Positions 1 to 9,885 of a DNA stretch of 64,000 nucleotides are shown piece after piece. Within the stretch, counting starts at the first letter, position 1. Every line of letters begins with the position of its first letter. The DNA lies in contig CBDCTH010000012.1 in the NCBI GenBank assembly GCA_965222155.1, positions 1,792,001-1,856,000 of the forward strand, in the 5' to 3' direction. The position numbers were made by a program, and so were the translations under genes. This DNA is from Gammaproteobacteria bacterium. Lineage in GTDB: Bacteria; Pseudomonadota; Gammaproteobacteria; Eutrophobiales; Eutrophobiaceae. The notes below the pieces were generated by a model. The model was not told the origin of the DNA and made no database searches. It worked only from the letters and a program-made list of their open reading frames with translations.

Positions 1-629
1 AAACGAAGCGCCACCTTGTCCTCGACAATCGGAATATTGACCATTGCATCAACCGTGTAACCCAGCCCGTCCGAGTAGCGGGTGGAACTGATGCCGGCGC
101 CCACGTCCATAGAGGCCTGACTCATGTCGGGAGAGGCGGGGATCCACCTGATTGCCCCGGAAAGCGAACTGGACCCGAAAGTCGTGCCCTGGGGCCCTTT
201 TAACACTTCAATACGGTCCATATCGAACAATTTGATATCAATCGAGCGCCCCCCATCCGTGGTCAGCATATTGCCTGTGACGACGATTTCATCGAAATAC
301 AAGCCCACGGTGCCGGCGCCGGCTGAGGTAATGCCGCGTATTATGTAGCGTTTATCACCGGGGCCCTGGTCGACGACGCTTAGTCCCGGTATCTGCCGGT
401 AATAATCGTTGAAATCAAGTGCGCCGGTTTCCCGCAGACTGTCCCCGCTGATAGCTTGAACAGACAGGGGAATATCCTGGATCAACGTATCGCCGCGTTT
501 GGTGGCGGTAACCACGATTTCTTCGATCTGGGACTGCGCCAATTGTGCATATCCGAACAGCCCAATGAGTAGACTGCAGGGTAGAAAATAACGTATTTTG
601 TTTATTGTGTACACAGCGATAGGTTTCAT
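1..629 (-). CDS. TonB-dependent receptor, N-terminal part (runs off the window's left edge)
   Basis: Not in the ORF track. Manual translation from ATG 629 (RBS AGGAGAG): MKPIAV...signal peptide...IEEIVVTATKR...QDIPLSVQAISG...RIEVLKGPQGTTFG, i.e. TonB box and plug motifs. Confidence 0.9.
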   Translation of the reverse strand, partial: MKPIAVYTINKIRYFLPCSLLIGLFGYAQLAQSQIEEIVVTATKRGDTLIQDIPLSVQAISGDSLRETGALDFNDYYRQIPGLSVVDQGPGDKRYIIRGITSAGAGTVGLYFDEIVVTGNMLTTDGGRSIDIKLFDMDRIEVLKGPQGTTFGSSSLSGAIRWIPASPDMSQASMDVGAGISSTRYSDGLGYTVDAMVNIPIVEDKVALR

Positions 630-642
630 TGTTCTCTCCTTA

Positions 643-2022
643 TCAGTTAGTTGCAGCCTGGTAGGCGAATTGTTCGCGCGGGTAGGCCTTGCCTTTGTAG
701 ATAATCGTCTCTATCTTGCGGATATTCTGAATGTCATCAAGCGGGTTGGCCGTCAGGATCAGGAGATCGGCCAGTTTGCCGGCTTCAACCGTACCCAACT
801 GATCTTCAACGCCGATCACCTTGGCGCCGTTGCGGGTCGCCGCCACCAGGGCCTCCATCGGGGTCAATCCGGCTTGCACGAAAAGCTTGACTTCCCAGGG
901 GAGATTGTAACCCTGGAAGTTAAAACCCACCGGTCCTCCTGCGTCGGTCCCCGTGGCGAGCACCACACCGGCCTGGTGCGCCTTCAGGATATTCTCGCGA
1001 AATATCGGGATCTTGTCCTCGGCCCATTGGTAAACCGGCATGCCGGCAACCGCCAGGAAGCGGCGGGTCTCCTCTGCCCGGTAGTCCGGATCCTGCATGT
1101 AATCCAGGAGAAAATGCGGAACGCTGTCACGCAAGATGGGATCGTCCAGGTCGGCAGCCGCCTCATCGTGGCGCAGGAATGCCTCCCACAGACTGTGGGT
1201 GGGAACAAACATCACGTTATTCTCAACCATGTCCTGCAGAATGGTATCGCCTGGCGGAATGGGGTCTTCAAGTCCGTGGACAATCGCGGTAGAGGACATT
1301 GCTACGGCCGAATGGAATTCGTCCAGGTTGATGGCGTGCGTATAGATGGGGACGTTATTCTGTTGAGCGATCTGCGAAATAGCCATCATCATCTCGTCGC
1401 TCATCCTGTTATAGGTCCCTGAAGCTCCCAACCCGTCTTCAATGATCACCTTGAATCCATCCGTACCCCGGCTGATGTAATCTCGGGCGCGCTCCAAGGC
1501 CGCGTCTGCATCGGCCAGAGCGCCGCCGTGCCGGCTGCCCCAACCGCCTTCCGGCGTGAAAGAACGCCCCATGGCATAGATCCTGGGTGACAGTAGCCGA
1601 CCCTCCCGCTCGGCCTGGCGCTGCTCGAATATCCAGTCCACTTTCGAGGATACGTTGAGGACAGTGGTGACGCCATTATAGAGAAAAGCCTTGGGAGTGT
1701 GCTCTATGACCTGGGCTTTCTCGTCGGGCGTGAGTTGAAAGACAATGGGGGCGTCCAGGTGAACGTGCGCGTCGATCAGGCCGGGGATCACGTATTTCCC
1801 GCTGCCGTCAATAGTCTCGGCATCCGGAGAAGCCGACAAGTCAGAACCAATTTTAACGATCCGGCCATCAGCTATGCGAATGTCGATTTCGGCTACCGGA
1901 TCGGCGCCGGTACCGTCGATCAGGGTGACACCCCTGATAAGCAGTTCGCTGCCTGATTCAGGCTCGCCGTCGGAGCAACCCGCCAGGCACAACAGCAGGA
2001 TAATGCATGTGAACTTCTTCAT
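643..2022 (-). CDS. Lipoprotein metal-dependent amidohydrolase
   Basis: MKKF...LAGC lipobox; PGLIDAHVH metal motif, GTDAG, G-x-ADL C-terminal motif. Likely start is ATG 2022. Confidence 0.85.
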   Translation of the reverse strand: MKKFTCIILLLCLAGCSDGEPESGSELLIRGVTLIDGTGADPVAEIDIRIADGRIVKIGSDLSASPDAETIDGSGKYVIPGLIDAHVHLDAPIVFQLTPDEKAQVIEHTPKAFLYNGVTTVLNVSSKVDWIFEQRQAEREGRLLSPRIYAMGRSFTPEGGWGSRHGGALADADAALERARDYISRGTDGFKVIIEDGLGASGTYNRMSDEMMMAISQIAQQNNVPIYTHAINLDEFHSAVAMSSTAIVHGLEDPIPPGDTILQDMVENNVMFVPTHSLWEAFLRHDEAAADLDDPILRDSVPHFLLDYMQDPDYRAEETRRFLAVAGMPVYQWAEDKIPIFRENILKAHQAGVVLATGTDAGGPVGFNFQGYNLPWEVKLFVQAGLTPMEALVAATRNGAKVIGVEDQLGTVEAGKLADLLILTANPLDDIQNIRKIETIIYKGKAYPREQFAYQAATN

Positions 2023-2164
2023 TGTTTCCCCCCGAGAAATGACAACACCCCACAAACAACTGTCTCAAAATAATAACAGTACTGTAGCAAAAATCCAACT
2101 TATTTCTGCGGAGTAAGTACAATTCCGCTCTCTTTTTCTCATTGCTCCGGTACGGAGAACAACT

Positions 2165-3457
2165 TTACATCTGTCCCTGTTCCCCAGACGCCGGCAGGGA
2201 TTGTCTGGACGCTATTGAACAGTAACAGAGTGCGGCGGCCAGCATGGAGTCAAAGGCGGAGACAGTCGTTAAGGTGATATATCCCTTCACGCTCAAAAAA
2301 CCTACCAGGAACCCTGTTCCCCATGCCAGGAATGCAGGCAAGTTATAGGCGGGGAGTACTGAGAGTTTTTCAGGCGAGTAATTCTGCCTGTTTACATAAA
2401 AGAAATCACAGATATAAATACCGCACAGGCTAGGAATACAAATCCCCAGTACACTGATATACGGAACAAAGTATGTAACGATATCAAATATGGAAAGCAG
2501 CGTAGCAAGAATGCCGAACAGGGCAACACTGCGCCAGAATTTTACCTGTTTAAATGATGCGGCAATTGATAGACCTACTGAATACAGCATACCCACGTTG
2601 CTTGACATCGTTGAAAAGATCAGGACAACCAGCGCGCCGACGCCGACACCGAGCGAGAGCATGATCCTGATTAAGTCCTGTTCGCCTGAGAGTACACTGG
2701 GTATGGCAGTGATCGTCAATACAATGGGAAATGAGATCCCCAGGGCGAAGTATACGGCTGCCAGTGCGCGCCCGGGATGGCGGGCATAACGCAGGTAATC
2801 GGGCAAGGTCACTATGCCGCCACTGTATGCCCCGATCACAACCGAAATGGCACCACCGATCCCTAACACCCCTGTTCCGGGATTGCCGAGCACTTCAATA
2901 TTGCCTGATACGGCCGATCTGTAAGCCCCATACAACAGGATGACTGCGAGTAACGGAACCATGAATAACGCCATCCTTTGTATTGCACGAAACCCGTAAA
3001 TGGTAACGCCCACCATGATCAATCCACCCAGAACGCCAAGCCATTGTCTGGAAACGTCCATCCTGGTAACGATTGATACGACTTCCTCAGCCGCGGCGCC
3101 GAACAGGTTACAAAGGATGGCAAACCAGAAGAACATGACCAGGGCAATCAGGAAATTTGCAAACCTGTAACCGGCCGTACCGAAGGAATAGCGCAGGATC
3201 AGATAGGTAGACAGCTTGGAACGGGCGCCCACCATGCCGGCAAAAACACCAGTAATCGCCAGCACCTGACAGCCAATGATGAAGCCAATCAATCCCGGAT
3301 AAAAGCCGGCGCCGTGGCTGATATTGGATGCCATTAAAAATCCCGGTACGGCGATTGTGCCGCCGATAATTATGACGGCAATGTGATAGGCGTGTGTTCT
3401 ATCGGTTTCCGGAACCGGTTGATGGGAATAATCGTCGCCTAATTGAAAATGGGCCAT
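2165..3457 (-). CDS. NCS1 / cytosine-purine permease family transporter
   Basis: About 12 hydrophobic segments, PDYLRYA motif, CodB-like N-terminus. Confidence 0.8.
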   Translation of the reverse strand: MAHFQLGDDYSHQPVPETDRTHAYHIAVIIIGGTIAVPGFLMASNISHGAGFYPGLIGFIIGCQVLAITGVFAGMVGARSKLSTYLILRYSFGTAGYRFANFLIALVMFFWFAILCNLFGAAAEEVVSIVTRMDVSRQWLGVLGGLIMVGVTIYGFRAIQRMALFMVPLLAVILLYGAYRSAVSGNIEVLGNPGTGVLGIGGAISVVIGAYSGGIVTLPDYLRYARHPGRALAAVYFALGISFPIVLTITAIPSVLSGEQDLIRIMLSLGVGVGALVVLIFSTMSSNVGMLYSVGLSIAASFKQVKFWRSVALFGILATLLSIFDIVTYFVPYISVLGICIPSLCGIYICDFFYVNRQNYSPEKLSVLPAYNLPAFLAWGTGFLVGFLSVKGYITLTTVSAFDSMLAAALCYCSIASRQSLPASGEQGQM

Positions 3458-3526
3458 CCCCGCTACCGATACAATCTATGCGTATCCCTGTCCATAATGA
3501 CGCATATTCTATTGACATGCATCCAT

Positions 3527-5239
3527 TCAGTCTCCGCTTATTCCTCGCAATTCAGCGGTTGCCTGTTCATCGATCAACCCGTCTTTTATCACAACCCTGT
3601 AGATATTCTGCGCGGCATCTACCGAAATGTAGCCATCCAGAACGTCATTGAAAACCAGGTCAGTGTCCCGTTGTTCCGGTTTTCCGTAACCTCCTCCTCC
3701 CGCGGAAACACTGAGAACATGCTCGCCTGCCGCAACAGCAGTCCTGTGTGTACCCACTATCCTGGCTTGCTCCGTATTCGGGAACATATGAAACGCATTC
3801 GGCTGCGGCCTGTGTCCGCCTTCCAGCGCCCAGGGAGGCGTTTTACTCTTTTTGGTTATTGACAGAAAATGTCCCGGCCAGACAAATCGTATGTCCCGGT
3901 AAATTCCCAGACCACCCCTGAATTTTCCTGCGCCGCCACTGTCACAGCGCATCTCAACGCATTCAAACTTCATTCCCGTCTTCGCTTCCATGACTTCAAT
4001 AGGTGTATTACGCACCATAGTCGTTGAGACATGGTTTTGCGCGTTGGCGCCGTCATGGCCGGCCGCGGCTCCCCACCCCACCGGCTCATTATTACTGATT
4101 GCATAGGATCGCCCGCTTGCCGGCTCTTTGCCGTACATCATAAATCCCGGAACATCCCCACCGGAACAGGCTGCGATTCTATCGGGCATCGCCCCGGCCA
4201 GCGCCTTTAAAATCAATTCCAGGGCAATCATTGCCGGCCATAACGTGTACGTCGCGGCCGGGTAAACTGCATGAAACAGGTTTCCCGGCGGGGCAATAAC
4301 CTCGAGAGGACGAAAACAACCGGCATTGCTGGGATGGGTTGGAGTTGTCAGTATTTTCAGCGCCACCTTACCTATTGTCTGGGACAGGCCGAAAGGGATG
4401 TTGACCGGGCCCGTCACGGCATCAGGAGAAGCACTGAAATCTACAATAAACTTATCGTCTTCCACGGTTACCCTGACGCGCAACGGGATAATTTCATCAT
4501 CGATACCATCATCATCCACGTAGTCTTCGGCAGTCCAACTGCCGTTGGGTATTTCCTTTAACGCTTTTCTCGTTATTCTCTCTCCATAATCAAGTATGCC
4601 GGTAATTGCCTGAGCCAGCGCCTCCCCGCCAAATTTCCTGCGTACCTGTTTCAGGCGGCTGATACCCGTCTGTGTCGCTGCCACCTGCGCTTCCAGATCG
4701 CCGAAAACATTCTCCGGCATACGGGAATTAAAACGGATGATATCCAGCAGTTCCTGGTCCGGCTTGCCGCGCTTGTAGACCTTGACTGCCGGAAGTATCA
4801 GTCCTTCCTGGTGAATATCCGTCGAGTCAAGCACATAGCCGGGGTCCTTGGCGCCCAAATCCAGCCAGTGCGCGCGGATACAGGTATAGGCGAAAGGTCT
4901 GTCCTCACCGTCGTCATATACAGGAGCAAACAGGGCCACGTCGGCGGCATGGGCCGAACTCCAATACGGATAATTCAGGACGATTATGTCGCCGGGTTCC
5001 AGGTTGTCGATGCCTACGTGCTCTATCCCTTTTTTCACGGCATAATCATTGGCCCCGAGAAAGAACGCAAGGCCCGGTGCATCGGCGATTAATTCAAGAT
5101 CACTGCTGTATATGGAAATTCCGAAGTCCAGAACCTCGTAAATGACCGGGCTGAATGCAGTGCGAATCAAGGTGCGTCGCATTTCCTCCGCCGCTGAACA
5201 CAAATAACTGTGGATGACTCCGATAGTTGCGCTATCCAT
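3527..5239 (-). CDS. Hydantoinase B / oxoprolinase subunit
   Basis: EEM...RTAFSPVIYE, H-x-x-D, RAHWLDLG, NTPIE, SGGAGKFRGG and GGGGYG motifs. Confidence 0.92.
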   Translation of the reverse strand: MDSATIGVIHSYLCSAAEEMRRTLIRTAFSPVIYEVLDFGISIYSSDLELIADAPGLAFFLGANDYAVKKGIEHVGIDNLEPGDIIVLNYPYWSSAHAADVALFAPVYDDGEDRPFAYTCIRAHWLDLGAKDPGYVLDSTDIHQEGLILPAVKVYKRGKPDQELLDIIRFNSRMPENVFGDLEAQVAATQTGISRLKQVRRKFGGEALAQAITGILDYGERITRKALKEIPNGSWTAEDYVDDDGIDDEIIPLRVRVTVEDDKFIVDFSASPDAVTGPVNIPFGLSQTIGKVALKILTTPTHPSNAGCFRPLEVIAPPGNLFHAVYPAATYTLWPAMIALELILKALAGAMPDRIAACSGGDVPGFMMYGKEPASGRSYAISNNEPVGWGAAAGHDGANAQNHVSTTMVRNTPIEVMEAKTGMKFECVEMRCDSGGAGKFRGGLGIYRDIRFVWPGHFLSITKKSKTPPWALEGGHRPQPNAFHMFPNTEQARIVGTHRTAVAAGEHVLSVSAGGGGYGKPEQRDTDLVFNDVLDGYISVDAAQNIYRVVIKDGLIDEQATAELRGISGD

Positions 5240-5255
5240 CTGAAAATCTCTAAGT

Positions 5256-7298
5256 CTAAATGCTTGTCTTTATAACCAGGTGCCCAAAATCATCAACCAG
5301 ACAGGTCTGACTCGAATATATAACCGTGGTCGAAGTTCCTTCATCTATGATAGCCGGGCCTTTAATACTAACGCCAGGGCTTATCAGTTTACGATCAATA
5401 AGCTGAAACTCTTTCAATGTCTTATCCCTGAAACAGTAGGCCATTCGGCTGGCGTCAACTTTTTCAACGCCGGCTGAAGCGCTTCTTCCAGGCTGCTTTT
5501 TCAATTCAGGTTTGGTCATACGTCCGAGACCGGTCACTCGCAGGTTAACCAGTTCCAGAGGTTGTTCTGTCCTGTGCCCATATCGAAGTTCATGCGCAGA
5601 ATCAAATAACGAGCGCAAAACTCCATATTCAGGCATACCCTCTACCTGTATTTTGAGCGTGTGTTCCTGGCCCAGGTAACGCATTTCCAGATTCCGGATC
5701 AAATCCTGTTCTTCTGCCTGCACCCCTTGTTCCGTCAGGTTAAGTGATGCCTTTTTTTCCAGAGAATGAAACAGTTCATTTACCTGGGGTAAAATTGATT
5801 CTTCAAGTTCGACAATAAACGTCCGCGAAACATCAGTTGCCATATCCGCCATCAACATTCCCCATGCCGAGAATACTGACGGTACGTTTGGGATAATCGT
5901 AGTAGGGATACCCATTTCAAGCGCCAGTAACGGCGCAACCAGGGGGCCGGCCCCTCCAAATGCAAGAATTGTGAATTCTTTAGGATCTTTACCCTGTTCC
6001 ACCGTAATCTCACGCACTGCGCCTTCTGTCTGGGCTATCAACACTGAAAAGATTCCTGCTGCGGTTTTCAGGACATCACTTTCCATGGGAGTGGCCAATT
6101 CGGTTTCCAGTCCTTTGCGCGCTCCCGCGATATCGAGCGGTATTTCCCCATTGAGAAAATTATCCGGATCAATAAAACCAAGTATCAAGGCGGCATCTGT
6201 CAGGGTCGGTTGTTCTCCACCACGGCCGTAAGCAATTGGGCCGGGTTCCGCTCCTGCGCTGTGCGGGCCAAGCCTGAGCATACCTTCTTCCATCCAGGCA
6301 ATCGACCCGCCGCCGGCGCCGATACAACGAATATCAAAGGTAGGGATTAAAACCGGCATGTGTTGCAACCGGGTTTCATGGATCACATCTGGTGCTGCAT
6401 TTTCAATGACACAGGTATCCAGGCTGGTACCGCCGAAATCCATAGTCAGCATATGTCCCAGTTGTAATTGTTGAGCCAGGTAGGAGGCGCCTATAATCCC
6501 GCCGGCAGGACCTGAAAAGACACTGTCCAACGGCCTTTGTTTTGCTGTCTGCGCCGTCATCGCGCCACCACTACTACGCATTACCAAAAATCTTCCGGTA
6601 AACCCTTTACCTTGTAACTCAAAGAAGAGATCGTCTATATATTTCTCGAAGATAGGCCGGATATAGGCGTCAAGAACAGTGGTACAGGTACGCTCGTATT
6701 CCCTATATTCACGAACAACCTGGTTGGAAATTGATAGCCATATATCGGGGAAAAGTTCGCTGGCAATGCCGGCAATTTGCTGTTCATGCTCCGGGTTTTT
6801 GTATGAGTGCAGACAGCAGATTGCAAGTGATGACACATCCTGATTATGAACCAGGAGATTAACTGCATTGATGACAGCATTATTATCCAGTGCGATATCA
6901 ACTTCACCTTTTACATTAATACGTTCAGGCACACCGACAATGCAACGCCTCTGTACTAACGGATCAGGGCGTTGGTAATGCATATCATACATATGGGTAG
7001 CAGGCAGGTCGCCTCGTCCCAGTTCCAGTATATCCCGAAAGCCCCGGGTGGTAATTACTCCAACCCTTGCGCCGCGACGCTCAAGAATGGCATTGAGCCC
7101 CAGGGTAGTACCATGAACAATTGTCTCGACTTCGCTGAGATTAATTCCCAGTTTATCTACGGCATGCAGCACGCCGGTAGACGGGTTGTGCGGAACAGTC
7201 GGCGCCTTTTCAAGCCTGGTTTCACCTGTTTCTCCGTTAAACAGGATTGCATCCACAAACGTTCCGCCGATATCAATGCCCAGGTTATATTGCCTCAT
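5256..7298 (-). CDS. Hydantoinase A / oxoprolinase subunit
   Basis: GIDIGGTFVD, HGTT, SGPAGG, GAGGGS, SAGAEPGP and FGGAG motifs. The ATG at 7298 overlaps the upstream gene's TGA. Confidence 0.92.
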   Translation of the reverse strand: MRQYNLGIDIGGTFVDAILFNGETGETRLEKAPTVPHNPSTGVLHAVDKLGINLSEVETIVHGTTLGLNAILERRGARVGVITTRGFRDILELGRGDLPATHMYDMHYQRPDPLVQRRCIVGVPERINVKGEVDIALDNNAVINAVNLLVHNQDVSSLAICCLHSYKNPEHEQQIAGIASELFPDIWLSISNQVVREYREYERTCTTVLDAYIRPIFEKYIDDLFFELQGKGFTGRFLVMRSSGGAMTAQTAKQRPLDSVFSGPAGGIIGASYLAQQLQLGHMLTMDFGGTSLDTCVIENAAPDVIHETRLQHMPVLIPTFDIRCIGAGGGSIAWMEEGMLRLGPHSAGAEPGPIAYGRGGEQPTLTDAALILGFIDPDNFLNGEIPLDIAGARKGLETELATPMESDVLKTAAGIFSVLIAQTEGAVREITVEQGKDPKEFTILAFGGAGPLVAPLLALEMGIPTTIIPNVPSVFSAWGMLMADMATDVSRTFIVELEESILPQVNELFHSLEKKASLNLTEQGVQAEEQDLIRNLEMRYLGQEHTLKIQVEGMPEYGVLRSLFDSAHELRYGHRTEQPLELVNLRVTGLGRMTKPELKKQPGRSASAGVEKVDASRMAYCFRDKTLKEFQLIDRKLISPGVSIKGPAIIDEGTSTTVIYSSQTCLVDDFGHLVIKTSI

Positions 7299-8420
7299 CA
7301 ACGGTCATCCCTGATTATCTTGCCGCCTTGCATGACAAAAAATATTTCCCTCAACAGACTGATCTCCTCTAACGGGTTGCCGAATATCGCAATAAAATCG
7401 GCTTTGGCTCCAGGCCTGATTACACCCAGTTAGTCATTATCGATTAACGCGGCAGCATTGAGAGTGGCTGTCTGTATGACTTGCAGCGGGATCAAACCCG
7501 CTTCCAGACAATGTTCCATTTCACGCACTACGATTGGAGCGCCATCATCAGTGTCACCGGGGGGGATATCTGTTCCATTTACCAGGGTAACGCCTGCCTT
7601 GACGGCCGTCCTGATACTCTCAAGATGATCTGCTGCAGCAGAAACGGCTTTGCAGATTGTCCATTCTTCGAACCCATGCCTTCGCATCCAATCCTTGGAG
7701 CGGGTTACGCCAAGCGTAGGCACAATATAACCATCGGCTTCCTTGATGGCGGAGGCCGCCGTCAAATCCAGGTTATAGGTGTGTTCAAATGAACGTACCC
7801 CTGCCTTGACTCCTTTCATAATGGGATCGGAATCACCCACGTGAGCACAAACGTAGGTTCCCTTGCTGTTGGCAACCTCAACAGTAGCCCGAATTTCTTC
7901 GCCCGACATTTGTGATTCGGCAAACGTTTCATCTTTATGTGCGATACCCCCGGTCATAAAGATTTTTATATGGTTTGCTCCGGCCAGCAAATCCTCCCGG
8001 CACTTTTTCCTGAAATCGTCCGCGCCATCCGCCTCAGCCGTAAACCCGTGGCCGTGGCCACCGGTAACGGAAACGCCCAGTCCCGCAGAATATATGCGCG
8101 GGCCGCTTACCCACCCCGCGGCGATCGATTTACGCAACGCGATGTCAGCGCGATTCAATTCGCCCACTGTGCGTACGGTGGTTACCCCGGCCCGTAATGC
8201 TTCCTGTCCCCTGCTGTAAGCACGATAAGCCGATATGGCCGCGTCTTCCCCCGGGTCACTCAAGTGGAATGGAAATACGATAGTCAGGTGAGTATGACAA
8301 CTGATCAGCCCCGGCAATACATAGGCTCCCTGCATATCGATTACCTGCACACTTCCGTCCTGTTCAGCCACCCTGTCAATGGAGTGAATGTTACCGTCAC
8401 TGACAATGATTGCAGAGACA
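7298..8420 (-). pseudogene. Amidohydrolase pseudogene (5'-truncated, internal nonsense codon)
   Basis: PGLISCHTH...GTD motifs. After the TAA at 7430-7432 the frame continues LGVIRPGAKADFIAIFGNPLEEI...MQGGKII to TGA 7298-7300. The native N-terminus is missing upstream of ~8420. Confidence 0.85.
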
Positions 8421-8882
8421 ACCAACATCGGCGCCGAAGTGGAATTAGCGATTCGCCCCGCAGAGGGCCTGGATCTGAACTTCGGCTTTGGTATAACCGA
8501 CACGGAAATTGATGACTTTGATGGTTCCGGAATATTTGAAGGCCACAATACGCCGCAGGTAAACGACTATTCGATTAACGCTTCGGCCCAGTACACGATA
8601 CCGATTAGCGGTGCGTGGTCTGTCACCGGACGGTTGGATTATGAGCACCGGGGTAAAGTGGATTGGGATTTGAACAATCTCGTCACTACGCCAGGCAAGG
8701 ACCACCTCAATTTATACGCCGGTATCGGGAATGGTCATTGGACTTTGTTCTTCTACGGAAAGAACGTGCTGGACGAGCAACAACCGACCGCGATGGGAAC
8801 CGATGTATTTGGTCCCGGGATTCATCTCAGGACACCAAGTAGACCCGCTTCCTACGGCGTTGGCATCAAGGCTGACTTCTGA
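8420..8882 (+). pseudogene. Orphan 3' fragment of a TonB-dependent receptor
   Basis: GAEVEL...KNVLDE...PASYGVGIKADF C-terminal barrel strands with no start, plug or signal peptide. Confidence 0.85.
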
Positions 8883-8910
8883 ACAGGACAGGCCAACCGC
8901 ATACCGAACA

Positions 8911-8966
8911 GTCCGGGGACGAATTTCAAACATGCCCCCGCATGTTGTAAGCGGGGGGCCGTCCCC
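8911..8966. repeat. REP-like palindrome GGGGACG(G/A)ATTTCAAA..CCGTCCCC interrupted by a second hairpin
   Basis: Matches the intact copy at 56594-56618. Contains an inserted cccccgc-atgttgtaa-gcggggg hairpin (8931-8958). Confidence 0.65.
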
Positions 8967-9007
8967 CTCCCCCTTTGGCCTGCGCCGTCATGACATGCAG
9001 TTGCTCA

Positions 9008-9064
9008 TCATTCCAGCATATTACGGTAAACCTTACCGCCTTTCATCACCAGCAGGATATTGCG
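9008..9064 (-). pseudogene. 3' remnant of an amidohydrolase paralogous to 55221-56513
   Basis: Translates RNILLVMKGGKVYRNMLE*; DNA at ~8982-9064 aligns with ~55198-55280. Confidence 0.8.
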
Positions 9065-9246
9065 AGCGATATTTGGGCGCAACCCTACGGGCGACTGTCG
9101 CCATGCACAAATTTGCCTGGAGCTGTTGAACAGTCGAACCGCGCGAGACTGGCCCCGAAGGGGCAAAGTACAGGACGTACTTTGTAAATCGGCTATCCTG
9201 CCGATTTGTCACCGCATCGCCTGGAAATCCGGGCTAAAAGGTTAAG

Positions 9247-9885
9247 TCAGGACTTGACCCCATTTTGACGGTATGCGGATATAACGGCGCCGGCGTCCTG
9301 CCGGATATCGGATAATGATTTTCCTTTCCGGTATATGGCAGAGCCTATTCCAAATCCGTTAATCCCCTTTTGTATATATTCGGGCATGTTTTCAATGTTA
9401 ATACCGCCTACTGCAAGCAAGCAGAACCGTGGGGGAATAACGGCTCTGATTGCTTTGACTGCAGCAGGCGAGACAACTTCAGCAGGGAACATTTTTATCG
9501 CATCGGCTCCTGCTCGCATGGCAGTCAATACTTCCGTGGGCGTGCATGCGCCGGGAATGGACGTCATGTTTAATTTTTTTGTTTCATGGATAACGTCAAC
9601 ATCTGTATTGGGTGAAACAATCAGCATCCCGCCCGCTTCCCGCACTGCCGATATGTCACTGACGTCCAAGACCGTGCCGGCGCCAATCAGTACGTCGTTC
9701 CGATAATGCTGCGCCAGGAGTTCGATTGATTCACACGGCCGCGGAGAATTCAAGGGAACCTCGATAATGCCTATCCCCTCTCCTGTAAGAACATCCGCCA
9801 CAGCGATGACTTCAGCGGGTGTAATACCACGTAATATGGCAATCAGGGGAAGCTCTTTCAGATAGTTATCCAGCATGATTCTCAT
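9247..9885 (-). CDS. dgoA: 2-dehydro-3-deoxy-6-phosphogalactonate aldolase
   Basis: PLIAILRG, IEVPLNSP, IGAGTV, VSPN, KMFPA and AVGG motifs; adjacent to dgoK. Confidence 0.88.
   Translation of the reverse strand: MRIMLDNYLKELPLIAILRGITPAEVIAVADVLTGEGIGIIEVPLNSPRPCESIELLAQHYRNDVLIGAGTVLDVSDISAVREAGGMLIVSPNTDVDVIHETKKLNMTSIPGACTPTEVLTAMRAGADAIKMFPAEVVSPAAVKAIRAVIPPRFCLLAVGGINIENMPEYIQKGINGFGIGSAIYRKGKSLSDIRQDAGAVISAYRQNGVKS

Noticed and set aside
598-1422. 274-aa plus-strand ORF and similar antisense ORFs (58865-59815, 56964-57632, 39700-43900)
   Set aside because: Shadow frames of well-supported minus-strand genes, with no motifs.
7430-7432. Programmed stop-codon readthrough
   Set aside because: The codon is TAA in an already 5'-truncated gene; a nonsense mutation or sequencing error is simpler.
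8420-8548. N-terminus of ORF 7430..8548 and its overlap with ORF 8388..8882 as real overlapping genes
   Set aside because: Each ORF simply extends across the breakpoint into the antisense strand of the other fragment.
9065-9245. tRNA or known ncRNA
   Set aside because: Hairpins are present, but I see no cloverleaf, T-loop/acceptor pairing or recognisable family.
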